The notes below the pieces were generated by a model. The model saw nothing but the letters and a program-made list of their open reading frames with translations. It did no database searches and was not told the origin of the DNA. This document shows positions 62,381 to 64,000 of a stretch of DNA of 64,000 nucleotides, piece after piece; the first letter of the stretch is position 1; each line of letters opens with the position of its first letter. Made by a program: the position numbers and the translations under genes. The stretch covers positions 160,001 through 224,000 of the forward strand of contig JBOEGF010000008.1 in the NCBI GenBank assembly GCA_050633305.1, read 5' to 3'. Source of the stretch: Nannocystales bacterium. Lineage in GTDB: Bacteria > Myxococcota_A > Polyangia > Nannocystales > Nannocystaceae.

Positions 62381-63780
62381 CGCACACCTGCTACGGGCTC
62401 AATGGGGCCCACAAGGAGCTCCAGCTCAGCAAGCGCAACGTGATACTCGGCGCGTACGCTCAAAACCTGCTCTCGGACGGTCCACAGTCGCTGCATCGAT
62501 CGGGCGACGGACGAAAAGTCCTCCTCCCCGGCTTCATATGCGGACTGCAGCGCCTCCAGAGAATCATCGAAGATGGCGACGACATCGGTCTGCAAACGCA
62601 GAGACCGCCGCCACGACGCGTCAGCGTGCACGCTGGCCACGCGGACCAACGTGTCGAGTTCCTGTAGTAACACCCGTCGCTCGGCACGTGTCACCTCGGC
62701 CTCGGCCGTGCGGCGTGCCACCTCACCTCGCCCGCCTCGGAACGCGGGGATTGCCAGTGCCACCGTTCCCATCACCGCGATGGGGGCAGGGTTCGGACTT
62801 CCCCGTTGAGCACTTGCACCTTCCCGAGCAACGCGGACCCCTAGCGTAGGCGCGGGACGAGTGTTCCGCTGTGCCACCCTCACCCGGGCCTCTGCAAGAC
62901 CGACGGCTGCGTTGGCTCGGGCCACCTGCGGACTGTCCCCTCGGTCCTCGAGGCCCCAAGCGGCCCGATCGCCGAAGACCGAGCTTGGCATGGCGGCACC
63001 TTCTGGGCGCAGCGCTCGGTCCGAAACCCCAGCCGCCCGAGCCAACGACAGATACGCCGCCGTGGCTTTCGCTTCAGCCCTCGTGCACGCATTTCGGGAC
63101 CAGGCAACTTCCGCCTTCGCCAGGTTCAGCGCCATGCCAGATTCTTCTCCCTCCGCGACTTTCTTGGCTGCCATCGCCTCGAGGGTTTCGGCCAGCGTTT
63201 GTCGCTGTTGGGCGAGAATGAGTTCCTCCTGGGCCAGCTGGGCGGTCGAAAACGCCAGATGGACGTCGGCGTGTACCGCCCAAGCCGCAACCTCGACCGC
63301 CGCGGCCAGCGTCAACTGCAACTGGCGCGCGGCTTCGATCCGGGCCCGGCGTTGACCGCTGAATTCAAACCGCTGAGAGACCGCAACCTCGACCTCGAGG
63401 CCCGCCGCCCCCTCTCGTCCCCGCGTCCCGAGTCCGAGTACGACCACGGGGTCGTAGCGAAGCAAGCTGGCGGCCTCCCGCTCGGCCTCTCCGAGATTCG
63501 CACGTGCCCGCGCGATGAGGAGCTCCGCGGCATGCTGTTGAGCATGGGCCGAGACCTGCCGAAGGGTCACCGTGCCGCTGCTTGGAAGCTGCACGTCGAG
63601 CACAGTGGATGAGGATTGAGGCGGACCGTTGTAGGTCGGAGACGAGGTTCCCGCCATGGGCGAGGCCGAGCAGGCCCCAAGGGCGAGGGCCAAGATCGGC
63701 CCCCACGAGAGATCGAGAAAGCGGAACGGGAAAGACCCCGCCGCACAGACAGTTTTGAACACGAGATGCTCCGGGCCCAC
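62377..63780 (-). CDS. czcC: TolC/CzcC-family outer membrane factor (start uncertain)
   Basis: Two OEP-type helical repeats, AYEAGE, lipobox LGAC. Overlaps czcB by 4 nt. Confidence 0.85.
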   Translation of the reverse strand: MGPEHLVFKTVCAAGSFPFRFLDLSWGPILALALGACSASPMAGTSSPTYNGPPQSSSTVLDVQLPSSGTVTLRQVSAHAQQHAAELLIARARANLGEAEREAASLLRYDPVVVLGLGTRGREGAAGLEVEVAVSQRFEFSGQRRARIEAARQLQLTLAAAVEVAAWAVHADVHLAFSTAQLAQEELILAQQRQTLAETLEAMAAKKVAEGEESGMALNLAKAEVAWSRNACTRAEAKATAAYLSLARAAGVSDRALRPEGAAMPSSVFGDRAAWGLEDRGDSPQVARANAAVGLAEARVRVAQRNTRPAPTLGVRVAREGASAQRGSPNPAPIAVMGTVALAIPAFRGGRGEVARRTAEAEVTRAERRVLLQELDTLVRVASVHADASWRRSLRLQTDVVAIFDDSLEALQSAYEAGEEDFSSVARSMQRLWTVREQVLSVRAEYHVALAELELLVGPIEPVAGVR

Positions 63781-63878
63781 TCGAGCCGGTCAAGGAGAAA
63801 CACGCGCGATACAGCCAACCAACGGCCGCACACTCTGCGGCGTCGTTCGATGGACGCACCACTCCTAAGGGAGGCGGT

Positions 63879-63998
63879 TCAGGCCGTGGGCGGACGGTCG
63901 AGCCGCGCGCCGTATCCAGACGCAGCGGCCCCGGAGTGTTGGGGCAGCTCCGAGCCGGTGGACCCCGACAAAGCGCCGAGGTCCAGCTCTGCGTCCGA
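63879..63998 (-). CDS. 3' end of an ORF running off the window, ending ...GYGARLDRPPTA* (CzcI/DUF2946-like leader candidate)
   Basis: Manually translated open frame from 63998 to TGA 63881-63879. C-terminal RPP motif directly upstream of czcC. Confidence 0.5.
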   Translation of the reverse strand, partial: SDAELDLGALSGSTGSELPQHSGAAASGYGARLDRPPTA

Positions 63999-64000
63999 GA

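Overview
High-GC, gene-dense chromosomal window that looks myxobacterial (Nannocystaceae-like by inference from MYXO-CTERM-type tails, many Cys/Ser/Thr-rich lipoproteins, a DUF1592/DUF1552-type pair and a Ser/Thr kinase). About 50 CDS. No rRNA, tRNA, CRISPR array or mobile element was recognised. Family assignments come from motif recognition, not database searches. Highlights: (1) Seven co-oriented minus-strand genes at 3.7-17.4 kb encode an MBOAT with a C-terminal FIYFQF motif, three SGNH/GDSL proteins, a DltA-like adenylation enzyme, a DltC-like carrier protein and a cytoplasmic sulfotransferase coupled to the carrier gene. This suggests an undescribed Dlt/Alg-like pathway that may export a sulfated or aminoacyl group to a surface polymer. 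(2) An ArsC-like selenoprotein missed by the ORF track (in-frame UGA in a UxxC motif plus a SECIS-like hairpin). (3) A second in-frame UGA at an expected Cys position of a Cys-rich lipoprotein. (4) A repeated -10-box/6-9 nt/start-codon pattern suggesting widespread leaderless mRNAs. (5) A czcCBA-like efflux operon preceded by a partial ORF ending in RPP. (6) A cytochrome-c-like lipoprotein with a short CxCH motif.
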